Shown here: positions 29,301 through 41,900 of the stretch, one piece after another
Layout: the number at the start of each line of letters is the position of its first letter
Numbering within the stretch: position 1 is the first letter of the stretch
Assembly: GCA_043810025.1 (NCBI GenBank)
Contig: JBDRON010000033.1
Location: forward strand, 3,431-67,430
From: Elusimicrobiota bacterium
GTDB lineage: Bacteria; Elusimicrobiota; JBDRON01
Direction of reading: 5' to 3'
Length of the DNA: 64,000 nt
Notes under the pieces: generated by a model
Told to the model about the DNA's origin: nothing
What the model saw: only the letters and a program-made list of their open reading frames with translations
Databases searched by the model: none
Translations under genes and position numbers: made by a program

Positions 29301-29858
29301 CGCCGGCGAAGAATAAACAAACTGACCCACCGGATAACTCCAAAGCAAATTGGCGGCCGCTGCGTCTAAAGCCAAAATTTCTTTCCGGGGATAACCGGCA
29401 CCGAAAAATATTTTACCCTTCGCGATCACCGGCGAAGAATTATCCGCTGACCCCGTATTATAGGTCCAGCGGATGTCACCGGTTAAGGCATCAAAAGCAT
29501 AAAGATTACCATCCCGGCAGGAAAGATAAACCGTCCCGCTGGAAACCAGCGGGGTGGAATCTACCCAGCCGCTGGTCGAATACTGCCAGACCACCTCCCC
29601 CGTGTAAGCGTCAAAGGCAAAAATACTCATATCCCGGGCGCCGATATAAACCATTCCGCGGGCCGTCACCGGCGAAGAAACAATATTGTCCCCGATGTTA
29701 TATTTCCACTGATAATCCCAGCTGCCGCCGGGCGGATAAGCCTGCTCGTGCGTATAGCCGCTGCGATTGACATTCCCCCGAAACATCGGCCAATCCGCGG
29801 AATAAGCAGCGGGTGCAAGTGACCAGATTAAAATAATAATTTTTATTAAACGGTTCAT
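26364..29858 (-). CDS. Secreted PQQ-like beta-propeller / fibronectin-III repeat protein with T9SS C-terminal sorting domain
   Basis: A signal peptide (MNRLIKIIILIWSLAPAAYSA) is followed by repeated G.VY.G..DG.LYA.DA.TG...W propeller blades and several FN3-like modules. The C-terminal ~80 aa, YTYPNPAKGGSVTFKY...VYNVAGEKV...SGVYIYHLEA, fits the T9SS type A sorting-domain consensus. Confidence 0.8.
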   Translation of the reverse strand: MNRLIKIIILIWSLAPAAYSADWPMFRGNVNRSGYTHEQAYPPGGSWDYQWKYNIGDNIVSSPVTARGMVYIGARDMSIFAFDAYTGEVVWQYSTSGWVDSTPLVSSGTVYLSCRDGNLYAFDALTGDIRWTYNTGSADNSSPVIAKGKIFFGAGYPRKEILALDAAAANLLWSYPVGQFVYSSPAVSGNKLFAGANDGKFYCLDSANGQSLWSFSTQGSIFFSSPAVENGVVYCLPGDDDRKLYALDINKGTMLSGWTTPDFSVQSTNVSSPAAARGRVYLLSGFSPVKLFALSAANGSVIWQKSLGNATDIGFLPSPAVVNDLVYAASPDGNLYVLKAGDGTEVVSKNLGTSLASSPCIANGWLYIGTKDGHIYAFKAERVSAISSPASGELFSGNVEKINIRGSAFGPNFSSYLLEYGAGENPAQWTEIIYSTMSVDNGLLVNWPLTEVLDGLYTLKLTVNELPASGDDTTTAAIVQINLPPAPPQELTVVDNLLDEGGVINLLWSKSIDDGDNDNDLQEYLIYRSTVSGSYNYGQPYAILPAGTTFYQDSSVLTGQPFYYQMRSYDGVWYSANSSEKEGIALDNQPPSAPKNVLAVPGDGKLNLSWDLNSELDIRAYLIYRSTDNLNYQYLTLLYHPVNNYLQTELTNDLTYYFKLQATDVWNNQSPFSGEVHTFPYAGADLEPPAAITDLVVRTGESAGEVVLSWTAPGDDGVTGKAVSYNIRYTVDANFYWESYFTLAEVWQSLRLTGGEAGFAETEVVSGLKEGVTCYFCLRSVDNASNWSANSNLGSASAQVDLTLPAAPQNLAASDVAEDFGSAVNLSWQKSADDGSGADDVAGYRVYRSTNAALGSFSLVVSLTKGRQNYQDSGLNAGEEYYYLVRAYDQWQESPPSNLAKITPLNNWLPINPDEEGNLLLEDGTEVSFEKGSFPAGEKYWVLVKKLSAGEYAETGISAKVRATNVVRDFSLLTENQRVQLQNKSVAQVREFVESNAEIKFKKLVTIKLPYQEVDLSRMKEENLRLYYWNTEKNKWTIINTSQVDRSNKKVSAKVSHFSIYRVMEFLASGDLLDKKSVYTYPNPAKGGSVTFKYYLGEKADVSIDVYNVAGEKVAELKGGGEAGLVSETVWEIKNIASGVYIYHLEARSAHGKAEVMKKLAVLH

Positions 29859-29883
29859 CAGCGAACACCTTCCTTGATATTTA

Positions 29884-29966
29884 TTCCCCTCTTTATAAAA
29901 GAGGGGCTAGGGGAGTTTAAACAGACAGAACCTAACCCCCTTAATCCCCCTTTATAAAAGGGGGAA
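29884..29966. repeat. Dual-hairpin intergenic repeat element, copy C
   Basis: CCCCTCTTTATAAAAGAGGGG...CCCCCTTTATAAAAGGGGGAA lies 32 nt downstream of the giant-gene stop and upstream of the cargo gene start. Confidence 0.8.
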
Positions 29967-29997
29967 ATACGATATCACCAGCCGCCCTTGTCATATC

Positions 29998-32900
29998 CTA
30001 AGGTGTTATATCCAATACATATAGTTTGCCGTCGGAGGAACCGATGTACAAGCGGTTGAATTCGGTGTCGATTACCGGCATGGACCGCACGGTGGCGCCG
30101 GTGTTGACCGGCCAGCCGGAACGCAGACTGCCGTCGGCAACGGCCAGACAATAGATGTTGCCGTCATCGCTGCCGAAATAGACGTAGCCGTAACCGTCGT
30201 CCACCGGTGAAGATTTAATCGGACCGCCGGTTTGGCAGGACCAGGCCAATGTCCCGCTGGCCGCATCCACCTTGTAAAGTTTACCGTTATCGGCGCCAAA
30301 ATATAAATATTTTTTTCCGTCCGCTTCCGGGTTGGGTGTCAACCAGACTGAGGTATCGATTGGACTGCCGCAATCAAAATCCACCCATCCGGAGGGGGTA
30401 CCGGTCAAATTGGAGGATGTCCGGCAATACAGTTTGCCATCGCTGGAGGTAATATAAAGATTGTTGCTGGTCGCATGCACACCGCCGGAATCAATAAACG
30501 GAGCCGATCGGACCGGCCCGCCGGTATCAAACCAGGAAGTGGCTGTTCCGTCACCGGATTGCATTCGATAAATCCGGCCGCCATCCGAACCGATCCAACA
30601 GGCGTTTACCCCATCGGTATATTCATCTATGGAGGGAGAAGAACTTAACGCCCCGTTTAATGTGGGCGGCGCCCAGCCCAACACATTGTTTCCATCATTA
30701 ATATTTATTTTATAAACCTTGTTGTCGTTACAACCGATAAACATATTTTCGCCGACAATCTGAATCGCCGAATTCACCACCGCTCCCAGCTCCCGCGACC
30801 AGCCGCCGCCGTTAGTTGTCCCCGAAGTTATATTATCTTTCAGCTTGTAAATAAATCCGGCGTTATCGCTGAAATAAACAAACGTCCCCGCCGTTTCCAC
30901 GGTCGAATTAATCGCCGAAGTTATCGAACCGCTGGAAACAAACGGCTGGGTCCATTTGGCTGTGCCGTCGGGATTCATCGCCAGCAGTCTTTTATCCTCC
31001 GTCCCGGCATAAATAGCCACCTGATTATAAGCGCTGTCGTAACCTAACCCGATAGTCGAAGAAATCGCCGAACCGGTGCTTGTTCCGGCGCTGTACGGCC
31101 AGCTGGTATCCGGCGGGGGCAGCACCGGCACCGAAGCGGTAGTAGAGGATGAATTTACCGCAGCTGTGGGATTGATACTTTGGCTAACATCGCTGGCGCC
31201 ATCTCTTAAGACAAGATCAGCGCCGGCGGTAATCGAGGCGCGGAAGGAACAGGGGGTTTGATCGGTGGCATCAGCGGTCAGTTCCGCGATCACAAAATAG
31301 TCCCGGTAAGACGAAGGATTAACAATCGCCGCCACGCTGTCGGGAGAAACAACATTAAATGTTTGCGCGCCGGCGCCGTCCAAGGAAATACCGGCATTAG
31401 CCAAAACCGCTAAAGTGGAGACATCAATTGCATACTCATAAATACCGGCCGCCCCGTTCTCCTGATCATCGGCGCAGATTAATAGTTGAGCGAACAAGTT
31501 TTGCGCCTCCAGGGTAGTCAACGGCGCTAAATCGGGGTCGGTAAATCTAACCTTGATTTGCTCTATCTCCAAATTATTGTTGGCGCTGTTATTAGTCACC
31601 CTCAGACGCAGCATACTGCCCCGTTTACCGTTGTTCAACCGCGGCAAAGCGGTATTGACGGCGCTAACCGCCGGAATACTGCCGTCATAAGTAACATTGT
31701 TCAATACTATTGCCGGCGCCGGGCCGGAAGCGGTATCGCTGTTCAGATTCAGCCGATAAACCGCTCCATCAATTAAGCCGTAACCATCTTCGTCGAGGAT
31801 TAAAGCCCCCGCCACCGTAGTGGTTTGCGCGGTCAAATTATTTAAAGTGAAGCCTAAATTGGCCAACTTGAAGCGGTGCGGGGAATGCAGATCGGCGCTG
31901 CCGCCGGTGCGGGTAAAGGTGAGGTTATCGGTATAGCCGCCGCTGGAATCCTCACCTAAAGTCAGGGTCAGATTAAAGCGGCGGGGCAGGGCGGTCGAAT
32001 TTACCGGGTAGGTAAAAGTGTTGGCGGAGGCCGGCACGCCAACATTGTTTTTTGCTCCCTCGCCGGTTTGAGCAAAATTGGCGAAGTCGGCCGCATCCAA
32101 ATCGGTATCCGTCCCTTCGTTCGGGTAACGGCCAATGGAACCGCTAACCACCCCGCCCGGCGCCGTCCCCGGATAAGGAATTAAACCGGCTTGATAATCA
32201 TAATAATAATTGGCTCCGCTCTGCCAGCTGACCCGGTCCACCGCCTGACCGGAAGAATTTTCTAAAACCAGAAAATCGCTGTTACTGTCCAATCCGCCGG
32301 CCCCAAAACAGGCAGGATAACTATACTGATTGGCTGAATTATCCGTCGAGGAAAAGTTCAACCCGCTGAAACTATAAGTATCAATATTTAAGCTGAATTG
32401 GAACTGACGCCGGTAAGGGACGATGGTGTTTGCCCCCTGACTGTTCCGCAAAGTCCAATTAGTCAAAGCTTGCTTCGCCGCCGAATTATTATACAATTCG
32501 ATAAATTCCTGGCTTACTATCCCGTAACCGATCTCGTTAATTTTTATCGTCCCGCCGGCGACGTTGAGCAAATTTTTGGTAGTTGTCGGATCCTTTTCCC
32601 AATAGGCGCTGCCGTCATAAATCCGGCTGAAGGAAATACCGGCGCCGTTAATTGCCGGATACTGAACGATATCCACAAGACTGGCGATATTATCTTTCAG
32701 TTTCAAATGGTAACTTTGACCGTTGTCCAGATTGGTATTGGGAACAATCACCAGTAATCCCCCGCTATTAATCGTTTCAGCCACGCCCCCCGTCCAGACC
32801 ACGGATTCAGCGCCCGGCAAAGCGATACTGCCCTGATTATAGACCAACTGCCAGCCGTTTAAAGAAATCGGGTTGGGGGTATTATTATACAATTCAATCC

Positions 32901-35900
32901 AATCCTCCGCTCCCGTAGAACCGGAGAGATAAATTTCATTCAGATAAACATTTTCTTCCCGCGGCAAGGCGCCGGCGGTCCCATTGGAAATCGAAGAAAG
33001 ATTATTGGCTTTGTCATAAGTCTTCAGGGCAAAATAGTAAGTTTTGCCTAAAGTTAAGCCGGTGATTACCCGCGATTCCGTCGAGCCGGCCGAAACCGGC
33101 GCCCAGCTGTTTAACCAGACACCGGCCGTATCCCAGTTGCCGGCATTGATCACCCCGCCGGTAGAATAACGAACCTGATAACCGCCCAAAGTATTGTTGC
33201 CGCTGACACCGTCGTCGCCGGGCGCGGTCCAGGTCAGCACAATCTTGCCTCTCGTCTCTCCGGGATTAGCCGCCAAATCCGCCACCGCCGCCGGCGTTTG
33301 CGTATCTTTTTTCAGATAAAACACATCGTCAACAGTATTGAGATTGCCGGCATTATCGTAAACACGCACCGAAACATAATTAATTCCCTGCTGAGCAGTA
33401 ACAAAATCTATCGCCCAATCCGTCGTATAACCAGCCGCCCCAATATTGGCGGCGATATCCGTCCAATTTTTGATTACCGTGCCGCTGCGGGCGACGGCGC
33501 TGTTCAACGTATATTGAGCGGTAGCCAGCAGGGAAAGATTATCGGCAAAATCAACATTATAAACCGTCCCGCCGCTGTTCCGCCAGGTATCGTCGCCGGT
33601 CTGGTTATCAGTAACACCGGGCAGGCCGACATCCTTCTTTACATAAAAAACATCCGTCCTGTCCACACTGTTTCCCACCCCGTCGAACACCCGCACGGAA
33701 ACATAGTTTGCCCCTTGCTGTAAAGCATTCCAAGCCGTGGTAAGAAATGGCCAGTTAGTCGTATAACTATTCGCATTGATCCCGCTTACTTGGGTAGTCC
33801 AATCCTGCAATACCGTGCCGGCTTGATTGGGCTGGCTGGTAATCTTCGTCTGGAAATAGGAAATTTTGCTTCCGCCGCTATCCAGAAAATCCACGTCATA
33901 AGCGGCGACGTTACTGCACCGCCAGGTATCATCGCCGTACTGGTTATCACTGAGCGAAGGCGGTGAAATATCGTGACGATCTAAAGCAATCATCGCACAT
34001 TCGTAAAGCGCGGTCGAAGAATTGGTTTCATGGATTGTGCCGCCCGTCCAGGCTGAACCGCTCCAGTTGCGGGAACGAATATCGTTACCGGTATCGATCC
34101 CGACCACGGTCATTTTCACGGTGTTGGGATCAGGCAGAAGTCGCAGCCAACGGATGTTGCTGCTCCAGGTATAAGAATCGTTTAAAGGAGCCGACGGGGT
34201 TTGCTGCCAGGCTGTGCCGTTATAAAGGATATAACTAAAATAATTCGCTCCGCTTTTTACCCCGACAGCTAAACACCGGCCGCTGTCTTTTTCCCAAGCG
34301 ATATCCACTCCCCGTCCCGCTACCGAATCCATCGCCGTATTATCCGCTGGTAAAGCGCCCCAAGCCGATCCACTCCAAATGGAAACATTCCAGTGTAGTG
34401 AACCATCCAAACTCGCCATACCAATTTTATTCGAGGCCGGATCGGCTGCCAGTTTCAACCAGTTGGCAATAGCGGCAATCGCCGGACCGACCCCGCCCAC
34501 AGTTACCCAGCTGGTGGTAACCGAATTCCATATATCATAGGTAGTGCCGGTTCCCGACCCAAACAAAACCAGACAGCGGCCGCTCAGCGCCTCCCAAACC
34601 AGATCAAAACACTGTTTGGCGCTCACCGCCGCCGTCGCCGTATTCGTCCGCCGGTTAGCCGTATCCCAAGCGCTGCCCGTCCAACGGATAGAATGGATAT
34701 CGGAATTAGTATCGAGAGTAACCAGCAGCGCTTCATTTGCCGCCGGCCGGACGGCCAGCCGGACCCAGATGGGGATACCGGTCGTCAATACACTGAGACT
34801 AAGCGGCCCTTCCCAACTGCTTCCCGTCCAGCGCCGATAAACCGGATTGGCCGCATTATCGTTATAGACCACCAAACAATTGCCGCTCACTTCTTCATAA
34901 ACAATATCGAAACCCCGGTAAACCGCATTAGTCACCCCAATCGTTGTCGTCTGCCATTCCGTTGTCCAGGTCAGATTAGCTCCATTCCAGCGCTGGATCG
35001 TCAGTTTACCGTCCGAACTTAACACCCCCAGCATCTTTTCGTTGCGCAGTAACGGACAGGCTTTAACTACCACCCAGTTAATCGTCGCCGAGGCGTTCTG
35101 TCCGCTTTGTTCCCCGCCCCAGGAAGCGCCGTCCCAGAGATTATAACGCGGCGCAATTTGGGTACCCTGACCAAAAACCAGCATCCCGCTCGCCGCTCCC
35201 GGGGGCGCGGCTACCGCGCCGGTACTGTTGGAAATAGACGAATAACTAGGCAGATCATCGTAAGCTTTCAGGGCAAAATAATAAGTGGTAGTCGCCGTCA
35301 GATTAGCCAAAACTTTTTCTTCCAGACTACTCACCGGCAGCGGTTCCCAGGACTGGGTATAAGCAGCGGCCGTATTCCAATTGCCGGCGGTAACCGCCGC
35401 CGTGGTTGAATATTTTAACACATAGCCGCCGGAAGGAGGAGCAGCCAAATTGCCGGTGGCTTCGTCTTCTCCCGGCGCCGTCCAGGTTAGTTTAATCTGT
35501 CCGACATAATCGCCGGTCATCGCCGCCAGATCGGTAATCTGACGCGGCGGGGTAATCGCCGCCCAGGCCGAATTGCCGGTTAAATTGGAGATCGTCCCCT
35601 GATTGCCGGCTTTATCCACCGCCTTAAGCGCCAGATAATAAGTTGCTCCCTCCATCAAGCCGGTTAAAGTATAACTTTCGCTTCCTCCGGAAGATTTTGG
35701 GCTGAGCGTCTGGTAATAGGTGGCCGCAATCGTAAAATCAGCCTCGCCGGTAAAATTACTGCCGGTTTTATATTTCAGCAGATAACTAACGGACTGGCCG
35801 GCGCCAGCGTCATCGCCGGACGCCGTCCAGGTTAAATTGATCTTGCCGGCAAAATTGCCGGCCGCGGCCGCCAAATTGGCGATTGCCGACGGAGCCACCG

Positions 35901-38900
35901 TATCTTTTAACACATAAAACACATCCACGCCGGTCGTGGAACTAGCCAAAACATCGTAAGCGCGCACGGTAACATAATTGGTGGTCCCGCCTAAACAACC
36001 GGCAAAATCCACCGGCCAGTCCGTGGTGTAAGCCGCCGCGCCGATCCCGGCAGCGATATCCGTCCAGTCCTTGACCAACGAACCGCTTTGACCGGGCGCG
36101 CTCCAAATCCGGTATTGAACGGTAGATAAACCGATTCCATAATCGGCGAAATCGATATTGTATATTGTTCCCGCCGCCGCCCGCCAGGTATCATCGCCGG
36201 TTTGGGCATCAGTAATCGTCGGACCAACCGTGTCTTTTTTCAGATAGAAAACATCGTTCTGGCTGGTGGTCGAACCGGCCAAATCGTTGGTGCGCGCCGA
36301 AACATAATTCGTTCCCTGATTAGCGCCGGCAAAATCAATGGTCCAATCGGCAGTATAGGCCGAATTATTGATATTGTTGGCAATCACCGTCCAATCTTTG
36401 AGCAAACTGCCGGTTTGGCCGGCCGCGCTCCAAATGGTATATTCGGCTTTCTCCAACAGCGAGCCGCCGCTATCGTTGAAATTTACATTGTAAGCAGTGC
36501 CGGCGGCGCGGCGCCAGGCATCGTCGCCGGACTGCTGGTCGTCAATCGTCGGTGTAATCGTATCTTTCAAAATATAGAAAGGATCATTTAGACTGCTGCT
36601 ATTGCCGGCCAGATCGTAGACCCGCAAGGCTGCATAGTTTGTTGACCCGCTGATTAAAGCCAGCCAACTGGAGTTAACCAGCGGCCAATCCGCGCTGTAA
36701 CCGCTATTATTGATTGCGGAAACTTGGGTCGTCCAATCTTGCCGGACTGTGCCGCTCTGGGCCGGAGCGGAGGTCAGTTTCGTCTGGAAATAACTGATCA
36801 ACGAGCCGCCCAGATCGGCAAAATCAACATTGTATAGTCCGTCATTAAGCCGCCGCCAGGATGTATCGCCGGCCTGTAAATCCTGTATCGTCGGCGCGGT
36901 CGTATCTTTGCGCACGTAAAAAGCATCGGTTAGTGTGGTAAGACTGCCCGCCGTATCCGAACTGCGCACCGAGACATAATTTTCCCCTTCCTGACAGCTG
37001 TCAAAATCCAGCGTCCAGTCGGCAGTATAACTTGTCCCGCTAACCCCGGCGATACCCGTCCAATCTTTGAGCAGCTGCCCGCTTTGGCCGGCCGCGCGGT
37101 AAATGATATATTCGGCTTTATTCAACAGTGACCCGCCGCTGTCGGCAAAATCTATATTGTAAACCGTGCCGACGGCCTTTCTCCAGACATCGTCCCCCGG
37201 CTGGTTATCGGTAATCGTCGGCGTAATAGTGTCTTTCCAGATATAAAAGGGATCGTTTAAAACGGCGCTGTTCCCGGCCTGATCGTAAAGGCGCACCGCC
37301 AGATAATTAGTCGGCCCGCTGCGCAAGGCCTGCCAGGAAGGGTCGAGCAAGGACCAATCCGTCGTATAACTTGCGCCGTTGATCACGGAAACCTGCGTCG
37401 TCCAGTCTTGAAGCGCCGTCCCGCTTTGCGCCGGACCGGTAGTCAATTTCGTCTGGAAATAACTAACCAGCGAGCCGCCGCTATCGAAAAAATCCAGATT
37501 GTAGACGGCATTATTGCTGCGCCGCCAAACCGTATCGCCGGACTGATTATCCTGAATCACGGGAACGGTCGTATCCTTGAGCACCGAGAAAACATCGTTA
37601 GCCGAACCGCTGTTGCCGGCCAGATCGAAAGCCCGCACCGAGACATAATTGGTTCCTTCATTACAGGCGGTGAAATCAATCGGCCAATTCGTCGTATAAC
37701 CGGCGGCGTTAATCCCGCCGGCGATATCTGTCCAATCTTTTAGTTTGTTTCCGGTCTGACCGGCAGAATCATAAATTAAATACTGCGCGGTGGTCAGCTG
37801 GGAACTCAAATCGGCAAAATCAACATTGTAAACCGTCCCGCTGTTATTCCGCCAGGCAGCGTCACCGGACTGACTGTCCGTAATCGTCGGTGAAGTAGTA
37901 TCCTTCTTTACATAAAAAACATCATCGGCGCTGCCGGAAGCCCCCGAATAAGTGTAAACGCGCACCGAAACATAATTAGTCCCTTCCCGGCAAGCGTCAA
38001 AATCCACCGGCCAATCCGCGGTATAAGCGCCGACGTTGATCCCGGCAGCGATATCCGTCCAATCTTTAATCTGTGTTCCCGCGCGGTTGGCAGCCGAGTA
38101 AATTGTATATTGCGCCGAAGACAACAAGGCGCTGGCTCCGGCCTGAAAATCCAGATTATAAACCGTCCCGGCCGTCTTCCGCCAAATATCGTCACCGGAC
38201 TGGTTGTCGGTAACGGTGGGCGCCGCCGTATCTTTTTTCACATAGAAAACATCGTTGACAGTGGCCGCATTACCCGCTCCGTCAAAAACCCGGACGGAAA
38301 CATAAGAGGTCCCGCCGGTCAGCAAAGCCTCCCAACTGGCGGCCGACAACGGCCAATCCGTAGTATAACCGGCGGCATTAATCCCGCTAATCTGCGTCGT
38401 CCAATCCTCTAAAACCGTTCCGCTTTGCGCTGTGCCGGTAGTGAGTTTGGTCTGGAAAGAGGAAAGCAACGAACCGCCGCTGTCCTGAAAATCAACATTG
38501 TACACCGACGTGTTATTACTGCGCCAGCTGTCGTCACCGGACTGATTATCGGTTAACACCGGAGAAGTCGTATCTTTTTTTACATAGAAGACATCATCCA
38601 AACCGGCGCTGTTCCCGGCCCGATCATCGACGCGCACGGAAATATAATTTTCGCCATCTACCGCCGAGTCGAAATCTATCGGCCAGTTCGTGGTATAACT
38701 ATTGCTATTGATACTGCCGGCAATATTGGTCCAAGTCTTTCTTTGTGTGCCGGTCTGGCCGGCCGCCGACCAGATCGTGTATTGGGCATTATTTAAGAAT
38801 GAACCGCCGCTATCCTGAAAATCAACATCGTAAGTCGTCCCGCCGCTGTTCCGCCAGCTGTTATCGCCCAGCTGATTGTCGCTGATACCGGGCGCGGTCA

Positions 38901-41900
38901 GATCTTTTAATACATAGAAAACATCTTCGGCAATCGTCGAATTATTTAAATTGTCATAAGCCTGCACACTTACATAGTTGGTGGTTGCCGCCGCGCAGGC
39001 GGAAAAATCAATCGCCCAGTCGGCCGTGTAATTGGATGCATTAAGGCCGGCCGCAATATTTGTCCAGGTTTTTAACAGCGTGCCGGTACGGTTTGGCCCG
39101 CTATAAATGGAGTATTGGAGATAATTCAGCAGGGAACCGTTGTCCTGAAAATCCACATTGTAAACCGTGCCGCCGCTGTTCCGCCAGGTATCATCGCCGG
39201 TTTGGTTGTCGATCACCGTCGGACCGCTGGTATCTTTTTTCACATAGAATACATCAATAGCTTCCGCGCTGTTTCCTACCCCGTCGTAAACCCGCGCCGA
39301 AACAAAATTATTGCCCTGCTGACCGGCCGTAAAGTCAATCGGCCAATTAGCGGTGTAGGATGTGGTACCGATCGAGACGGCGATATCCGTCCAATCTTTC
39401 AGCTGCACACCGGTTTGTCCGGCCAAACTATAAATTGTGTATTGCGCGGTGGTGAGCAGGGAACCCAAATCGGTAAAATCCACATCGTAAGTCGTCCCGC
39501 CCGCCGTCCGCCAGGCATCGTCGCCGGTTTGGTTATCGGTAATCGCCGGCACAGCGGTATCTTTTTTCACATAAAAACAATCGTTAAGCTGAGCGCTGTT
39601 ACCGGCTCGATCAAAAACTTTCACCGAAACATAATTCGCTCCTTGCCCGCAAGCCGGGAAATCCACCGGCCAATCCGCGGTATAGGATGCGGAGTTAATC
39701 GAGGAGGCGATAGCCGTCCAATCCTTCAGTTTGCTTCCGCCCAGCCCGGCCACGCTATAAATCGTATACTGCGCCGTCGTCAATAGCGACCTCAAATCGG
39801 CAAAATCCACATTATAAGTCGTGCCGGCCGCCGTCCGCCAGGCATCGTCGCCGGTCTGGTTGTCGGTAATCGTCGGGGTAGTCGTATCTTTCAAGATATA
39901 AAACACATCGTTACTCGTCGTGCAATTCAGCAGGTTATCAAAAACCCGCACCGAAACATAACCGGTGGCTGTCTCCGGCAAACCGGCAAAATCCACCGGC
40001 CAGTTAGCGGTATAGCCGGCCGCATTGATCGCGCCGGCGATGTTGGTCCAATCTTTCAGCAGACTGCCTGAGCGGTTAACATCGCCCCAGATTGTATATT
40101 GGGCATAATTGAGCAGGGAATGGTTGTCGGCGAAATCCACATCGTAGGTTTTTCCGGCCGCCGTCTGCCAGGTATCGTCACCGGACTGATTATCGGTAAT
40201 CGTCGGAGTAACCGTATCTTTCTGCACATAAAACACATCGCTGACGGTGGTGGTATTGCCGGCTTCATCCAAAATACGCAAAGAGACATAGTTTCTGCCC
40301 GGCAGAAGTTTATCGAAAGCGGCATTTAACAGTGACCAGTTTGCGCTATACTGGGTGGAACCGATAGCGCTGACCACCGTGGTCCAATCTTCAATCACCG
40401 TCCCGCTCTGCCCGGCGGCAGAGCAGACCTTGCTTAGGAAATAAGATAAATTCGCCCCGCTATTGGAGAAGAAATCAATATCGTAGGCCGCGACGTTGGT
40501 TTTGCGCCAGGTATCATCGCCCAGCTGGTTGTCGACGATACTCGGCGCGCCGGCCGCTTTCCGCACATAAAAAACATCCACCCCCTCCACGGAACCGCCC
40601 GCGCCGTCGAACACCCGCACCGTGATATAATTGTAACCTTGCTGGCAGCCGTTAAAATCTATTTCCCAGTCGTTAGTATAACTATTGCTGTTAATCGCGG
40701 TGACAATATTTGTCCAGGTCTTAATCTCCCCCACAGTCCTCCCCGGCCCGGCCCAGATGGTATATTGGGCATAACTAAGCAGGGAGCCGCCGCTATCCTG
40801 AAAATCCACATTGTAAACGGTACCCGGCGCTGAACGCAAGGTATCGTCACCAGACTGGTTGTCGGTAATTGTTGGAGAGGTGGTATCTTTTTTCACATAA
40901 AAACAATCATCGCCGGTGGTGAGATTGCTGAGGTTATCATAAACACGCGCTGAAACATAGTTTGTCCCTTGCTGACAGGCATCAAAATCCACACCCCAGT
41001 TGGCAGTGTAACCACTATTATTTATCCCGCTGGCGATATCTGTCCAGCTTTTTAGTTCCGTTCCGCTCCGATTCAGCCCCGTCCAAATCGCATACTGCGC
41101 CGTCGCCAGCAAAGACAAACTATCCAGAAAATCCACATTGTATGTTGTCCCGCTTACCTTCCGCCAGGTATCGTCGCCGGTTTGGTAATCGCTGATCGTC
41201 GGTCCAAAAGTATCTTTTTTCACATAAAAAAGATCGTTGGCCGTGGTCGTAGAGCCGGCGGTATCCCAGACCCGCGCCGATACATAATTGGGACCGGCCG
41301 AACAGGCGCCAAAATCTATCGCCCAATCGGCGGTAAAACTGCTGTTTCCGGCCACAGCGGCCGCCGTCGTCCAGTCTTTTAAAACTGTCCCCGTCCGGTT
41401 CACACCGCTGTTAATCGTATATTCGGCGCCGGCCAGCCGCGAACCGACATCGCCAAAATCAATATTGTAAACCGTCCCGCCGGCGGCGCGCCAATTATCG
41501 TCGCCGCTTTGGTTATCGCTGATCGTCGGCGCGGCCGTATCTTTAAGCACATAGAAACAATCATTTAGTGTTTGGCTGTTACCGGCGCGGTCATAAATCC
41601 GTATAGAAATATAGTTCGTTGTCCAACTGACCAAATTATCCCAGATACCGCTGCTCAGCGCCCAATCAGTGGAGTAGCTAGCCGCACCAATATTGCCGGC
41701 CAACGTCGCCCAGTCCTGCACTACCTGTCCACTGCCCGCGGTACCGGTAGCCGCCCGAACCTGAAAATAACTGAGTTGAGATCCGCCGGTATCGTTAAAG
41801 TTTATATCGTAAATACCGTTATTGGTTATCCGCCAGAGGTCATCGCCGCCCTGCTGATCGTCTATCGTCGGCGCGGAAGTATCTTTATAGATATGGAAAC

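Noticed and set aside
29858-29998. Possibility that the giant gene and the 1164-aa sorting-domain gene were one gene split by insertion of the dual-hairpin element
   Set aside because: The downstream protein begins with its own classical signal peptide and Met, and the giant ORF ends at a clean stop. The two propellers are paralogous rather than the two halves of one domain. Comparison with relatives is still worth doing.
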